The position numbers and the translations under genes are program-made. Below the pieces are notes generated by a model that saw nothing but the letters and a program-made list of their open reading frames with translations, was not told where the DNA came from and ran no database searches. DNA of 64,000 nucleotides from Marsupella aquatica (taxonomy: Eukaryota > Plantae > Marchantiophyta). This document shows positions 1-13,100 of this stretch, in pieces; positions within the stretch are counted from its first letter, which is position 1, and each line of letters starts with the position of its first letter. The stretch is taken from the NCBI GenBank assembly GCA_973895155.1, contig OZ316899.1:5087241-5151240 (forward strand). Reading direction: 5' to 3'.

Positions 1-1574
1 CCATTTTTGGATGCGACACTTACCATCAACCTCCAAGCCGTAGACAATGACTCACAACATTCAGACTTCAACTCACAAGTAAATATTGTGCAGAGGGCAC
101 GGATATTATGATCATAAACGTGCGCACTAAATGTCAGCCAGCCAGTAGTAATCCGATGCATAACATCAAAACTAACCCATGATCCTTCCAGAGAACCCCA
201 TTTTCTCATTCTTTGAAGAATATCCAATCCAGAACCCGGACCTTTGATGCTCATCTTGAAAACATGAGCTCGATCAGTAATAGAGCCTTGACCGGGGAAG
301 AGAAATCTTTGGATGTAAGGAAAATGAATGTTCCTTTGCATGTCCCGAATCGAGTCAAACTCCCTTTAATTTCAAGGGATTCTTCATTTTCACATTCTGC
401 AAGATGGCTTGGAACTTCTCTTTGGACGCAAGAGCACTCAATGAGCTCCAAATATCCTAAATGTCCTGGACAGAAATCCCAGTGGCACTCTCCGGAGCCA
501 AGTGTGACATCAATGACTCCATTGCATCAATTTTTAGTTGAGCTGGTGTGTCCAGGGGGTTCACTAAATGATGGTCTCGGATGACCGACTCTACAGCAAT
601 CATGGCCTCCCTCAAAACAAAACTATTCGGTGGGTGGACGTGGTATCCGACATGCATTGCAAGCCTCGACATGAATCTCACATTTCCCTTATCCACCGAG
701 GAAAGTGGTACATGTAAAACATTAAGGCGGGACACGTCTCCACACATATAGGCGGTTGGTCACAATGAAAACACACTATTCCTCCGAGAGAATCTGCTTC
801 ACCAGTCTTGTGGACTCGGTCTCCTTTTGCCCTTCCAGCCCAGGACACTCGATTCCTTCCTTTGCCCTTTTCTAAGAATGCACACTTCCCATTTTGACAT
901 TCAATGGACCCAGAGCATCAGACTTTTGCGAACTGATACAAATCTTTTGGAAAGACATTCGCAGAAGTTGGAATAATTCTAGTCCAACGATAGCAATCAT
1001 TCTCTCGATCCATGTATCTGAGCCCAAATCCTCTTTTAGTGGATGAATCAACTGGAGGAAGCTCAAAAATTGAGTCCCCATTGTAATCTTTGGGAAGACA
1101 TTGAACATGTTTGACATCCTCTCCCGACTCCAAGAACTTACGGACAAAGCGAGATATCTCACTGGAGCCTTTAACCCTCAATATCATGTCACACGCACTC
1201 ACTCAATAAACTGGAGAAACTTTATCGGGAGACTCAGTTTTGATTTCACAAACATCAATGTTTGCTTCTACTCTCTCCGGTGATGGGTCAATTTTTGTAA
1301 CTAGAAAGTACACAAAACCACTTTTCAAGCTCCAATGTCGAACGCTATGGACACTCAAAGGCTCAATTTGTGCAGGACTCAAAATTGAATCCTCCCTCCT
1401 CCCGAGTACATCTTGGATGAATGGTCCCTCACATCCAAGTCGTTGACCTAGATAAGTTTCACTCACAATTTGGTCTCTAGTCAATGAAAAAACAGGAAGA
1501 AATATCACATCTCCAGTAGACTCCCGCACAATTCTGATTTGGGATGCCATTTGGAAAACATACATTGAGTGCAA
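1..1574 (-). pseudogene. MULE DDE transposase with a GCM-like zinc-binding domain; stops and frameshifts; runs off the left edge
   Basis: Manual translation of - strand ~1-350 gives FPYIQRFLFPGQGSITDRAHVFKMSIKGPGSGLDILQRMRKWGSLEGSWVSFDVMHRITTGWLTFSAHVYDHNIRALCTIFTCELKSE, which fits the first catalytic-Asp block of MULE transposases. Upstream (~620-1010) RWTRIIPTS..V*CSGSIECQNGKCAF..VCFHCDQPPICVETCPALMFY..RLAMHVGYHVHP fits a WRKY/GCM-type finger. Confidence 0.72.
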
Positions 1575-1847
1575 TGGAAATGTTGGACAATGTCACAAAA
1601 TGAAAGGGGTGTTCCTCAACCCTAAATTGGTAATCATTGTCCATTGAAACCTCGAACGACTCTCAGATTTTGAAACGGTAACAATCGTGGCATTAAATAT
1701 TTTGTCATTTGTTTTGTATCCGTTAGGATGTCCAATTGATACACAAAGACAAGTTAATTTAAAACTCTTTATATATTCCGTGGAAAAAACATACACTGGA
1801 TGCTAGCAAAGATCGCTACCAAAATTGTCACAGTATCTTAACCTAAA

Positions 1848-2379
1848 TTATGCCTCACTAGAGATGAAGAATCTGCCAGTATTGATCCTACTCCTTCTGG
1901 TCAGGATCGGGACGGGACTTTGCCAAATTAGAAGACATCTCTTCGTCCGGGACACCAGTTGCTCGACGGTATATGTCTTGGGTGAAACCATGCTCCCTCC
2001 TCTAACTAAATGCTCGTATTGGGGCTCTGTAGACAGGCCTTCGGCTGCTCCCGCTCGCAAAATTTGAATCCTGAAAATCAGGAGATCCCAACACCTTGTG
2101 CTTTCAAAGCTCTAGACGATGGGGCCAAATTGTGGCAGGATCAGACGGAACATGGAAGAAGAACCGATCTTCGAATAGAAGAGCGGACTCATCCTTGAGC
2201 CATGGAATGTTCCTCTCCCTTGGACTCATTCCCTCATTTGGTGGGAGGCTATTCCTATTTCGGATGTCTGAAGTGGCAAAAACATACGTCTCAGACTCCT
2301 GCTCCGTGGTCTCCTCTTCCTCTACAATGGGACACTTCCCATTATCGGGCATCATCCTCTGCATACCGTCCATGAGCAA
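1848..2379 (-). pseudogene. Possible upstream exon or ORF remnant of the MULE transposase gene
   Basis: ORF 2104-2379 continues past a stop as coding-like sequence, on the same strand just upstream of the transposase. No recognisable domain. Confidence 0.3.
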
Positions 2380-4689
2380 AGATGATAGTGATACAAGTAA
2401 GAGATATCACAGAGCTCCTGGAGAATCACCGAGAGAATCACCAACAGTAGGCGTCTGGTATAACCAAGATCAAGCGCCTATAGCACCAAGAGAGATAGTG
2501 ATTGAATTCCCGAGAGCGAGAGACAAGAATCACCAAGGGCGAGCCCTAAACCCTGAATAGACCGAGAGCAAGTGAATCACCGAGATCAAGCAAATACCGA
2601 TTGAATCACCGATCACAGAATAGACATCTCAAATAGTTTACCCCTCAAGGTGTGGACCTACCCTCCATGGAGAACGTAAGATAGGCAAAAAACGCCAGAA
2701 ACCTTCATAGACGGTCGACCAACTAACCTTAACCCGACCGATGACCCCAAAGAAAGCCGACCAACTGTACATATCCATCGGATTCTCGGTCATCAATTTA
2801 CACGTACAGTAACGGATAGATTCTTCCAACGGGTATACAACGGTAATAAAGAACGATAACTTTTGCTAGCGATCATCGCTACCATTAACTATTCTTAACA
2901 ATATTCACATTGAACCTCATATCACTGAAATATCCTATAAATTTAGAGAAAGTGATAACGTCTTTTGATAGCGACCTTTGCTATCAAAAATTAGAGTTTC
3001 TAACATCCAGTTCTGGAGGTCATTTGACCTAAATTTAACCATGTTGTTGGCTTCATCTCACTGATATAAATATGGAGTAGTTTTGATAGCAAGGGTCGCT
3101 ACCAAAAGTTACCGTTTAACGGTAACTTGAATTGTCAAATGTTCGCCTTATGTGTTCTAAAATATTCCGAATTTGTTGTGGAACATCCGTGCATTCAGGC
3201 TAGGTTCCGTTAAACCATCTGTAATTAAGTAGACATTGTTGTTAATTAATCCGTTGGTACAACCAAATATTTGTTGTATATTATTCCTATTACCGTATGA
3301 CACGTTCCAAAATCCAATTGCTTTCGATATGGATGATAGTATTATATCCCATTTAGAAACGGATGACGGTATTACAAACGTTCCATTGTACTTTGCACGG
3401 CTTGGTCAGTCAAGGTGCGGAGGCTGGTACGGTGTCTTTGTACGTGGAGTGTCATCCGTACCCAACGGCGGTCACTCTTTGGAGTAGTCGTGCAAAAGTT
3501 TTGCAGGGGTATCAAGCCCAGTGGTGAACCAAAGGATCATTCTTCTTTGCCGCGCTCCCAAACTTCTTTCTCCACCTCCTCTCTACAGACTACAAACTCA
3601 AGCAGACGAGTGACTCGGTCGACAGCTGAGAGGCAAATTCTTTTCACAGGCCTGAAAATGTAGAGTAGGGTTTAAGGAAATATGAACTACTTTCCTCTTA
3701 AACAACCAAAATTCGTTCCCGTTAAGAGCTTGTGAGACCTAAAAGATTGTATTAACATACTTTGAGATAGTTAAGCTAACCTATCTCAGATTTTAAGCCT
3801 TTACCGACATGCTTAGGTCAAGTGGAAGGAGTTTTTAATACATCCTCAGGTATTGTGATGTTTGCATCATCAATAGTGCAATAATTAATTCTAAAACTAT
3901 AACAAAACAACCAAAAGCCGGAGGCGTAAAGAGAGGATTAGGCGAGCCTTAAATGTCTCATCTCCTCTCGCCACTTAGCAATCTATGACTAAGTTAGGCA
4001 CGATTAAGAGTCAACAGAGAGTCTGACTAAATTAGGCTGATGCCTAAAGCTCATCCTTAAAGCCAACCATCTAAGAATTTGTAAAAGATGTATATAAGAC
4101 AGCCCGTATTAACTTTCTGACCTATGTCAACGCAAAGGTGGTACTGATTACTCCGAACTAACTTATTCTTCTATTCAATCCTTCAGATTGCTCTTTTAGG
4201 ACTACGCAATTTGTGAGTTCTCGTATGGTGCTTCTTCCACTAATACTTAATAAGCCATAAGTATTCCATAGTCAACATGAATCTTTAGACCTTTGCATGG
4301 TCTCAGGCATACATTTCCAGTCAGCCTAAAGGTTAACTATGACATTGCTAGTCACTTTCTATAGATTTTCTAGCAAGAATGGTCACACACTAATGTCCAA
4401 ACACAAAGCATAGATCACCAAAATTATGAATCTATTACTTCTCTTCAAAGAAGGAGACTTTCACAAGTGAAATGCAAGTCTGAGTAAAATGGTGGAAACT
4501 TTCACTCTTATACTTAGGGACAAGTTTCTTCTATACAAAAGTTGAAGAGGTATGCCCCTTCAATTCCTAACCTAAGTGTAAAAGTAAAAAGTAATGCTAA
4601 ATTCTGAAACTAGACTATGAGATAAAGTGCTCAGCAAAAATTCAAAGTCTAATTCTTCCTATACTAAGTTTTATAGGGCTTCAAACACG

Positions 4690-5435
4690 AAACCGGATCA
4701 AAAACCGGGTGGGAAACCGGATGGGAAGCCGATTCAACTTCCGGATGGAATAACTTTTTACTCTTCAGGAGTTGAAGTGTCAGGCTTCACCGATGTGGAG
4801 TCTACTGCTGGATCAATGGAGTTGAGAGGGTTTGGCATGAAAGTGATACCTCCAAAGGTAGTAGTAAAATAGGAAGCAATTAGTACATTTCTTGGTTTCA
4901 AAGTGAAAGGTTTTGCAAAAATGAGGTCTTGAGATAATGTCTATTGGTGTAAGTAAAATATAGGAGTGCCAGAGTAATAAGAATTTGACTATCGAGTCTC
5001 TCCATCTTCCAATGAATGGGTATATCTTTTCATAGTATCCTTTCATACTTATCCAACCATTTTGATTGGTTAAGATCTTTAGCCATGGATCATGCTTCCT
5101 ATTGGTCCAAAGTCAGACATCTTGAAGGTCAAATGGTGTGGAAACAACGCTTCAAATCTTCATTCCATTATTTGTCCGGAAATCTCGGATATCTCTTGGT
5201 TGCACCAGTTGGAGTCTCATAATATTAAGTGGGTCATTTCGAGTCCATTTTCAGACTTCTTTATATATATCTTAACCGCATCGGAAAGAGCTTTCCAACA
5301 CACTTTACAGATCTTGATTTGGATAAATGGTTTGAGAGTTATAGTAATTTTTCTACCGGATGGTATGTCCAAACCGGATCAAAAACCGTCTCAAAAACCG
5401 GATGGAAATCGCTTCAAATTCCGGATGGAATAACT
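4690..5435. repeat. Imperfect ~65-bp direct repeat (AAACCGGATCAAAAACCG...TTCCGGATGGAATAACT) in an unclassified ~2.3 kb non-coding segment
   Basis: Copies at ~4690-4755 and ~5371-5435. Confidence 0.7.
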
Positions 5436-5895
5436 CCTCAATTTCCATCACTTAGTTGGTGTAATTTTTTCCATGAACTACTGGAAGGTGGGGTAACACA
5501 ACCTTGATAAAAGATTGAGCTACTTGTTGCTAAAATGCACTGATTAATTCACCTTAGAATTAGCCGTCTAACTCAAATTTGTGAAAAGTTGGATCTCAAT
5601 TCCAAAGTTAAACCTTTGCTTGAGGGGTTGAAGTAGGTCTCTCCTCGCTATCAGATTTTCCCAATACCAATCCATTTATGGTTTTATTTCTCTTTCACTA
5701 TTGAGTCGGATAAGGGACCATAACATCTTTATATGCACCTTGGCATGATTCAAGCTTAATATACTCACAGATGCTTAAATAGTCATTCAAGGTCCTCAAC
5801 ATGGTCATTGAAAACTATTTTTTTCACATAAGATAACTTTTCTATCCTTAAGGGCTTAACCCCTCTATTACAGAAAAACACCGAGAAGAGCAGTC

Positions 5896-8800
5896 ATGTC
5901 TCAAGACACACACGGTGTTCCGATGGGAGGCAGAAAAATTCCGGATGCGTTCTCCAAGGTGCTTGCTCGTCACTCTCTTTTGTTTGGGTTGAACAAAAGG
6001 GGGGACATGCAAGAACCTCCTAGGATTCCACTTTGTCGACTCATGAACATGGACTTGGTGAGGTTGCTCCAGGTGCAACGGGAGCTATCGACAATCTTGT
6101 CTCCAAGTTCAGGACGAATGGATACGTTGACGAGTTGGCCAACTTTTATGTTTCCGTCTGTGATGCGGAAGGTGCTGAGATTCTGGTCACCGAAGATATT
6201 CGAGCAACTTGGGACGATGTTTGGGTTCAGCAGAATGTCGGGTATGAAGCCGAATGTGACAAAAATCCGGAATTCTTGTGCCTTAAGGACAAGATGTTTT
6301 CAATTTTTGATGGGAACCATCGTCTATATTCATGGATGATAGTTGCTAAGCAGTTCCCCGATGACAAAAAGTATCATCCAGGGTGATATGTCACATTTTG
6401 AAGGGGAAACGTGATTTGTTCATTGAGATTGAGTCGGCGATGCATGGCTCAACAAGTAAGTTTTCTGGCTTTGTTTCACTTTTGTGCAAGTGGTTTAGGT
6501 TCCCTAAGTGATTGCTTAATATGCTGATATCCTTTTCCTTTGCGGGTCCAGGCTTGGGCAGTGTGTTGTGGAGAATTCTTGGATTTTGGATGCAGACCGG
6601 GTGAAGAAAATCCTCCAATATGATCTGTCTTACTATGAGAAGATCATCGATCCTGCTAGCTACAAGATCTTTGAAACTAGGATGGCGAATGTGAAGAATA
6701 AGGCGTGGTACTAAAAAAAATGAGTTGGGATGCACTCACATACATTTTGTGCTCTGCAAACATCATTGCGGGTCTAGAAGATTTGCGGGTTCGTGAAGAG
6801 AGAGCCATTCAAATGAATGTGCCGTGGTCAGATGTTGAGAGGAAGAGGCTTCATGACGAGATGTTTGCCTTGCAGCTAAAAGAATGGTCTGTCCGCAACA
6901 GTAAATTAGCAGTTGTTTTGAATCCAGAATACGGGGGTTTTCTTGTCAAATGCTCAGAGTTGTATGAGTATTGCGAAAGGGAGAAGCGAGAAGGGCGTCA
7001 AACATTGGGTTGTGGATTGGATCGGGCTCGAATGTACACTGCTGTCTCAACTCTAGATCCACTTCTTCGATGCCAATTGATTGAGGAACAGTGTAAGCCA
7101 GAATTGAGGAAGCAATGGTTTCATCCAACGGGATTTTCCGAGAATGAGACCAAGCAATGGTGCCATACATGGTCCATGTGGTCATCGGTTGAATCCATTT
7201 CTAAGCATTTGCTGATAGCTTGTTTGGATGAGATTGGATTAAGTGCTCCTCAAGATCGTTTAGAGTCAGTACCTCAAAAAGATCTTGAATCTTTGAAGGA
7301 GCAGATCCTCGATGATTTCAAGGATTATGCATTTCGTGTGAGATCTAAGTTTTTTTGAGCAATTTGGATAACCAAGTCTGGTGACAAATTTGATGTTGAT
7401 GTAATTCGTTGAAGGGCTAAGCAATATGTTTATCACTTCTTTGTAGATCGGAAAATTAGTAGTGATTCGTATTTTTGGTGTTACCCCCTTTGTTTTGCTG
7501 GATGGGCAAGCATTGGGCGAGATGCAGACGGGAATGTTACGTATCCTCAGTTTTCAATGTATCCTGTGGATGCTTCTCACCCCAAAAGAGACCTTATTGC
7601 GTGGGAAGTTTTTAATTGTCCCTGGTATCTCGATAGTGATCAATGGTCAACTACTTTTGACCAAACGAAAAGATCGGCTTACACCAAGATTGTGAAGGGC
7701 AAGGAGCCCAAGTATATTTTGTTTGAGATCAAATTTGGTCCAGTGGAGAGGGAAGAAATGGCTTGTGCCATGATGGAGGAAGTATGTTTGAGGCAAGAGG
7801 TGAATGTCGACCGCACTCAAAATTCAAGAGTGAAAGTCGGGGCCCTTGAAAAGGCAGATTTTCAAAAGGTTTCCGCTTCCCAGCGGTCTCTCAGAACAAG
7901 TAAGTATTGCTAGCGAACCTCGCTATCAAAATAAGTGATATTTTGATCGTGTATTCCTGAAGTTTACATTCTGACCTCCGAGTGCTTTTTCAGAAAAGAG
8001 GCACTCATTGAGTTCACACAACCAACCGGGAGAGGAAGCCAGTCCAAACACAGATGAGGAAGCATCTCCTGAGGAAACTAGTAAGAAGAAAAAGTCAAAG
8101 AAGGTGGCAGATTTGGGGAGCTCCAAGAAAACAAAGAAGAAACGCAATTTTGTTGACTTGGATGAGGAGGCCGAATTTTATTCAAGATTAAATTCTGGTT
8201 TGGAGAGGAAAGGAATAGAGTTTATTGCATGGGAAAATAGACATATTTCCTCAAGTCAAGTTTGCTTGACTCCGCCAACTCAATTGTCAACCAAAGGAAG
8301 AAACCATCATGGGTTCGAGAGTGTGACATTTGGATGAAGAGCCTCCTGTCGAGAGGCCTTAGGGAATCTCCGATAGTTTTGGACAAAAAGTCTCTTCTGG
8401 GAACATGTTTTGATTTAGGTTTTGTCTATCTTCCTACAGGACTCCGTCCCCTCATTACTGACAAAACGGTTCCAGAGTGGAATGTTTGGGACAAATCCCT
8501 CCCCACACATTTTTTCAATATCTCCAAACAGTATCTTGTTGATAATGGATTCCTTGCTGTTCTTCATAGTGATGATTTTAATCACACCTCAGCCGTATAT
8601 AGTGCTGCTCAAGCTCGTGGTTTTTTCAAGCATGCACTGTCGTACACAATTCTGCTTCCGGCTCCTTTGTGGAAAGAGAATATTGACTTTAATGTAAGTT
8701 CACTTTTATTTTGATAGCGACCCTCGGTAGCAATCACCTTTTGGAAAAAGTTCTTCAAGATTTGGGTTCATTTTCTAAATCGTTGTTCTATTTTCCCTCC

Positions 8801-9795
8801 AGGTTTTCAATCTTGTTCTCGATGTCTTCTGTAAGACGTCTTTGGACGGGATAGTTCCAAAGGATAAGAAGTTTCAGGCACTCTCTTCTTTGGAGGATCC
8901 CTCTGTGTCATCTTTGATTAGCCTCTCTATTCCCAAAGAGAGTGGATTGTTGGATATGGGTTTTGTGGGGTTGGCTCGTGTTTCTGTAGGTTTCATGCAG
9001 AAAGTCATCGAATTGTTGACAAATCCGGGGGATGTAGTTTTTGATTGGACTATGGGTGAAGGTTGGAGTTATTTGCCAGGGATTACTCCGGGAGACATGT
9101 CATTGGGCTAGAGGATTGTCCGGATTTTGGGGAATCAGCTGCGGATGCTTTGCGAGCAGTCCATGGGAGGAAAGTTCAAGTGGAAACAGTTTCAGACTTT
9201 TTGGATAAAGGGAAAAAGTATGTGGTTGACTTGGGTGATGAAGAGGAGGACCCGTATGCGATTCTTGGTGATGATGATCTCCAGACTCCATCACCTTCAA
9301 AGGAAGATTCTCAGTAATGATCGTAAGCTTCTTCCCTAAATCTCGACCTTTAATTCCTTTTTGACTCTCTTTGCGAAATAAAAATTCACACATCTCAGTT
9401 CAGTCTTGCTTCATTTCCACAGAGAAGGGAGTTTGGAATGGAAGCAGGAGGAACAATTTCAACTACGTCGCAAAATTAAGGAGGCGTTTCTGGATACTCC
9501 CGAAAAGCCTTGGAACCTCCCTGAGTATATACAGAAAGGAATGAAGGATGTCGACAAGAGTCCCATAGTGACTTGGGAAATGAAGGGGCGATGATTGTTG
9601 AGGGGATCTGATAGGAAGTTTTTGAGGCATCCTCTGATTGATAATGAGGCTGTGCGTGCCTCAAGATTTGTAGATGAGGAGGCTAAGTCAACATCGACCT
9701 CTGAGAGTAGTGAAGTATCTACTAGCGAGGAAAGCACAAAGAATTCAGGTTCTGATAGTTCTGTTGATGTTCAGTCAGGATTAGATGACTATTGA
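5896..9795 (+). pseudogene. ParB/Srx-like domain fused to a beta-class DNA amino-methyltransferase-like domain (copy 1); multi-exon, frameshifted
   Basis: ParB-like: RIPLCRL..VRLL..IDNLVSKFRTNGY..MFSIFDGNHRLYSW. MTase: motif IV-like FDLGFVYLPTG, then FFNISKQYLVDNGFLAVLH, then SVGFMQKVIELLTNPGDVVFDWTMGEG..SGRHVIGLED (motifs X, I, II), which is the beta order. GT-AG introns at ~6456-6551, 7900-7993 and 8694-8802; the last joins in frame (KENIDFN|VFNLVLDVF). Confidence 0.8.
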
Positions 9796-10156
9796 TTTTG
9801 TCCAAATCTTCTTGATATTTCCTCATCCTGGTGGATAAATATCACTTTAGAAAGAAGTGGTACTTTTTATGTATTTGAGAATGGAAAATTAGTTATGTAT
9901 CACCTCAAGTCATCTCAATAAAATACTATTGGTACTATTTTGGTTCATAGGGTTTTGGATATGAAGAAACAATTTTTGCTGGCGAGGTTCGCTAGCAACT
10001 CTCACGATGGATTGAAATTGTTGATATTAGTTTTTTTCTCCCAAATAGTGAAGTTAAATGTGAGGTTTTGCTTCGCTAGCAATGTCTGTCTCGCTATCAA
10101 TATGAGTTTTTCCTATCTGCTTTCTCTTTTTTACTAACATTGTTAAAAGCCCCGAT

Positions 10157-13100
10157 GTGGAGGTCCATCTCACGGCAAAACAAATTGAAGAGGCCATACA
10201 CACAGACGTCAATGTGGATCAATACACAAAGGCACAAGCCTTGGTACTACTGAGACATCACTTAGTCGATCCTCTCAAACGCCAGTATAAGATTGTATAC
10301 AATCCTAGATTACTCTGGGATGCATTGAAATCGAGATTCAAGCATATCACTACAATAAATTTGCCAAATGCTCTACAAGCTTGGGTTACTCTACGAGTAT
10401 AAGATTTCAAATCAGTAGATTTATACAATAGTGAGATGTTTAGAATCTCAAATGAACTCCAAATGTGTGGAGAACCAGTCAGTGATAAACAGCAAATCGA
10501 AAAGACATTAGCCACATTTCACCCAACTAACTTGGTGATTTCAAATCAGTACAGGAACATGGCTTTTATGACATACTTGGCGCTCATTGCTCATATGCTT
10601 TTAGCAGAGCAAAATTCCATTCTCCTTATGAATAATGCAAAGGGGAGACCTCCGGGAACACTTCTGGTACCAACTAAAACTGAAACCAACTTAGTTACAC
10701 AGGATATGACAACATAAACAAATATGACAAATACAAATGGATATACATCAAGGGGGAGAGGTTCATATCGTGGCCGAGGAATAATGAGAGGGAGAGGAAA
10801 TTTCTCCCAAAGAGGTGGAAACAGTTCCAACTACAGAGGACGAGGTCGTGGAAGAATGAACAATGCAAATCGAAGCAACTGGAAGAGTGCATGGCAGAGC
10901 AGATCATCAACAACAAAATCGGGAGCGACAACGACCTACCTCAAATTATAAACAAGAGCATCCCATTACATGCAACAGGTGCGGAACTAAAGGGCACACC
11001 AAAAAGGTGTGCCATGCACCTAGCCACCTAGTTCTACTTTATAAGAAGAGCTTGGATGAATCGCAATTCGAAGCACATGGGACTTATTTGGAGTCACCAG
11101 AGATTATACCAGAAATACATATGTTGGATTCATCATTAAATATTGAAGATCCAGATTTTTGCATTGTCGACAGCGACACAACCCATACTATCCTTCGAGA
11201 TAGTAAATATTTCCACAAAATCACCCCTTCACAAAGGAAAATAACAACTATAATGGGACCACATCAAATAGAGGAGGGTCATGGCAAAGCCACAGTAGTT
11301 CTCCCATAAGGAACAATAATCAAAATCACATCAGCGATTTATGCCCCCAAAGCAACAAGAAACCTTCTAAGCTTTAAAGACATAAGAGCAAATAACTTAC
11401 ATATTCATACAGATATTCAAGACTCACGAGAAGTTCTACAAATAGTATCTCACTCATCAAAAGGCAGACTTGTTAAAGAAACTTACAGGCTTACCCTTTA
11501 GGATACTATGCAACTCGAACTCAATGCTACCATGTTCAGACTGAATCACAGAACCTCACAGAGATATGGCATAGACGATTGGGACATCTTGGAACAAGCA
11601 TGTTCCACAGAATTGTCAATATCTCTAAAGGAGTATCAAAAGAAGTACATCCTAGAGCATTCAAAGGACCATGCCTTGCCTGCTCACAGGGCAAGATGAT
11701 TACTGCTCCCTCCAATTCTAAAACCAAAAATCACATACCTGCATTTCTTGAGAGACTTCATGCAGATGTCTGCGGACCCATCAATCCTCCCAGTGGCCCA
11801 TTCCGCTATTTCCTGGTCGTCATAGATGCAAGCTCCAAGTGGTCAAGGGTTTCCCTATTATCAACCCGGAACCTCATTTTCTCAAGGATTCTGGCACACA
11901 TTATACGGCTAACAGCTCAATTCCCAGAATACCCAATTCAAACCCTCGGGGCTAATGGAGCTGGAGAGTTCACATCGAAAACTTTTGATGAATTTTGCCT
12001 CATTAACGAAATTGATTCACAATACAATGTACCTTATGTACATTTCCATAATGGAATGGCCGAGACACTTATTAAACGCATACAGCAAATAGCCCGACCT
12101 TTATTAATGCAATCTTCTCTTAGTCCTACATGTTGCGTCTCTTCTTCTATACAGACCATCAGCCTTCAACAACATTACATCTCATCAGTTGGCATTTGGA
12201 AATTCTCCAGACATTTTGCACTTGAGGATATTCGGATGTCAAGTCCTTGTGCCCATCCTAGGTCCAAACGGACAAAATTAGGACTTCAGAGAAGAAAAGG
12301 CATCTACGTGGGATTCGACTCTACATCAATCATCCGTTACATGGAACCTACCACTGCAGACATATTCAAAGCTCGATTTACCGATTGACATTTTTATGAA
12401 ACCATCTTTCCATCGCGCTCTAACATTACCAGAGGGCAAACAGCAAACATTACCAAAAATATTCACCTGGCAAGCTAGTCCTGAACTCTGTCCATATCCA
12501 CGCACAGATCAAGCTGAATTAGAAGTCAGAAGAATAATTCAACTTACAAAGATTATGGAAGCCATACCTAATTCATTCGCACATACAGCGAATGTTACTA
12601 AATCCCATATCCCAGCAGCAAATACCCCATCCCGGATTCAAATTGGAGCTCAGTTACCTTCTGATCAACAAATAAAACCCAAGAGAGGACGCCCTTTAAG
12701 GGCTGTTGATAAACAACTCAGACAAAGATGAAAACTACCAACATCATCTGAAATGAGACCAGAAACACATACTCACATTTCAGAATCACATCACCCAGAG
12801 ATAGCCATACATTATAATACCATTGGCCACATCTTAGATAGAACCAGAGTAATACCTAATGATCAATTTGCCTTTCATATATCATAGGATATTACTAACT
12901 TACCTAACCTGAAATCTATCAAAGAAGCACAAAACCAAGCAGTTTGGCCTAAATGGAAAATAGCCATGAACTCTGAGTTAGACTCTTTGATCTCTAGAAA
13001 AGTATTTGGTCCTATAACCATTGCTTCCATAGACCAACACCTTACAGGGTACAGAATCATATTTACCAAAAAGATGAATTCCCAAGGAGAAATTGTGAGA

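Larger units (their letters stand above)
1801..10099. repeat. Dispersed 21-bp palindrome TG(A/C)TAGCGA-NNN-TCGCTA(T/C/G)CA in the MULE element
   Basis: Full copies start at 1801, 2864, 2966, 3084, 7908, 8712 and 9977; half sites at 10073 and 10091. All lie outside coding exons. The 7908 and 8712 copies sit just after GTAAGT intron donors. Confidence 0.9.
1..10150 (-). mobile_element. Large Mutator-like (MULE) DNA transposon with a divergent ParB-methyltransferase gene; left end outside the window, right end approximate
   Basis: MULE transposase on - at 1-1574 and a divergent gene on + at 5896-9795. The same 21-bp palindrome occurs on both sides (1801-9997). Sequence switches abruptly into Copia gag (..PDVEVHLTAK) at ~10150. 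TIR and TSD cannot be verified because the other end is missing. Confidence 0.6.

Noticed and set aside
5896-9795. Bacterial or phage contamination suggested by ParB and DNA methylase motifs
   Set aside because: GT-AG introns join exons in frame, and the genes sit within plant transposons; the second copy is inside TIRs with a TSD.
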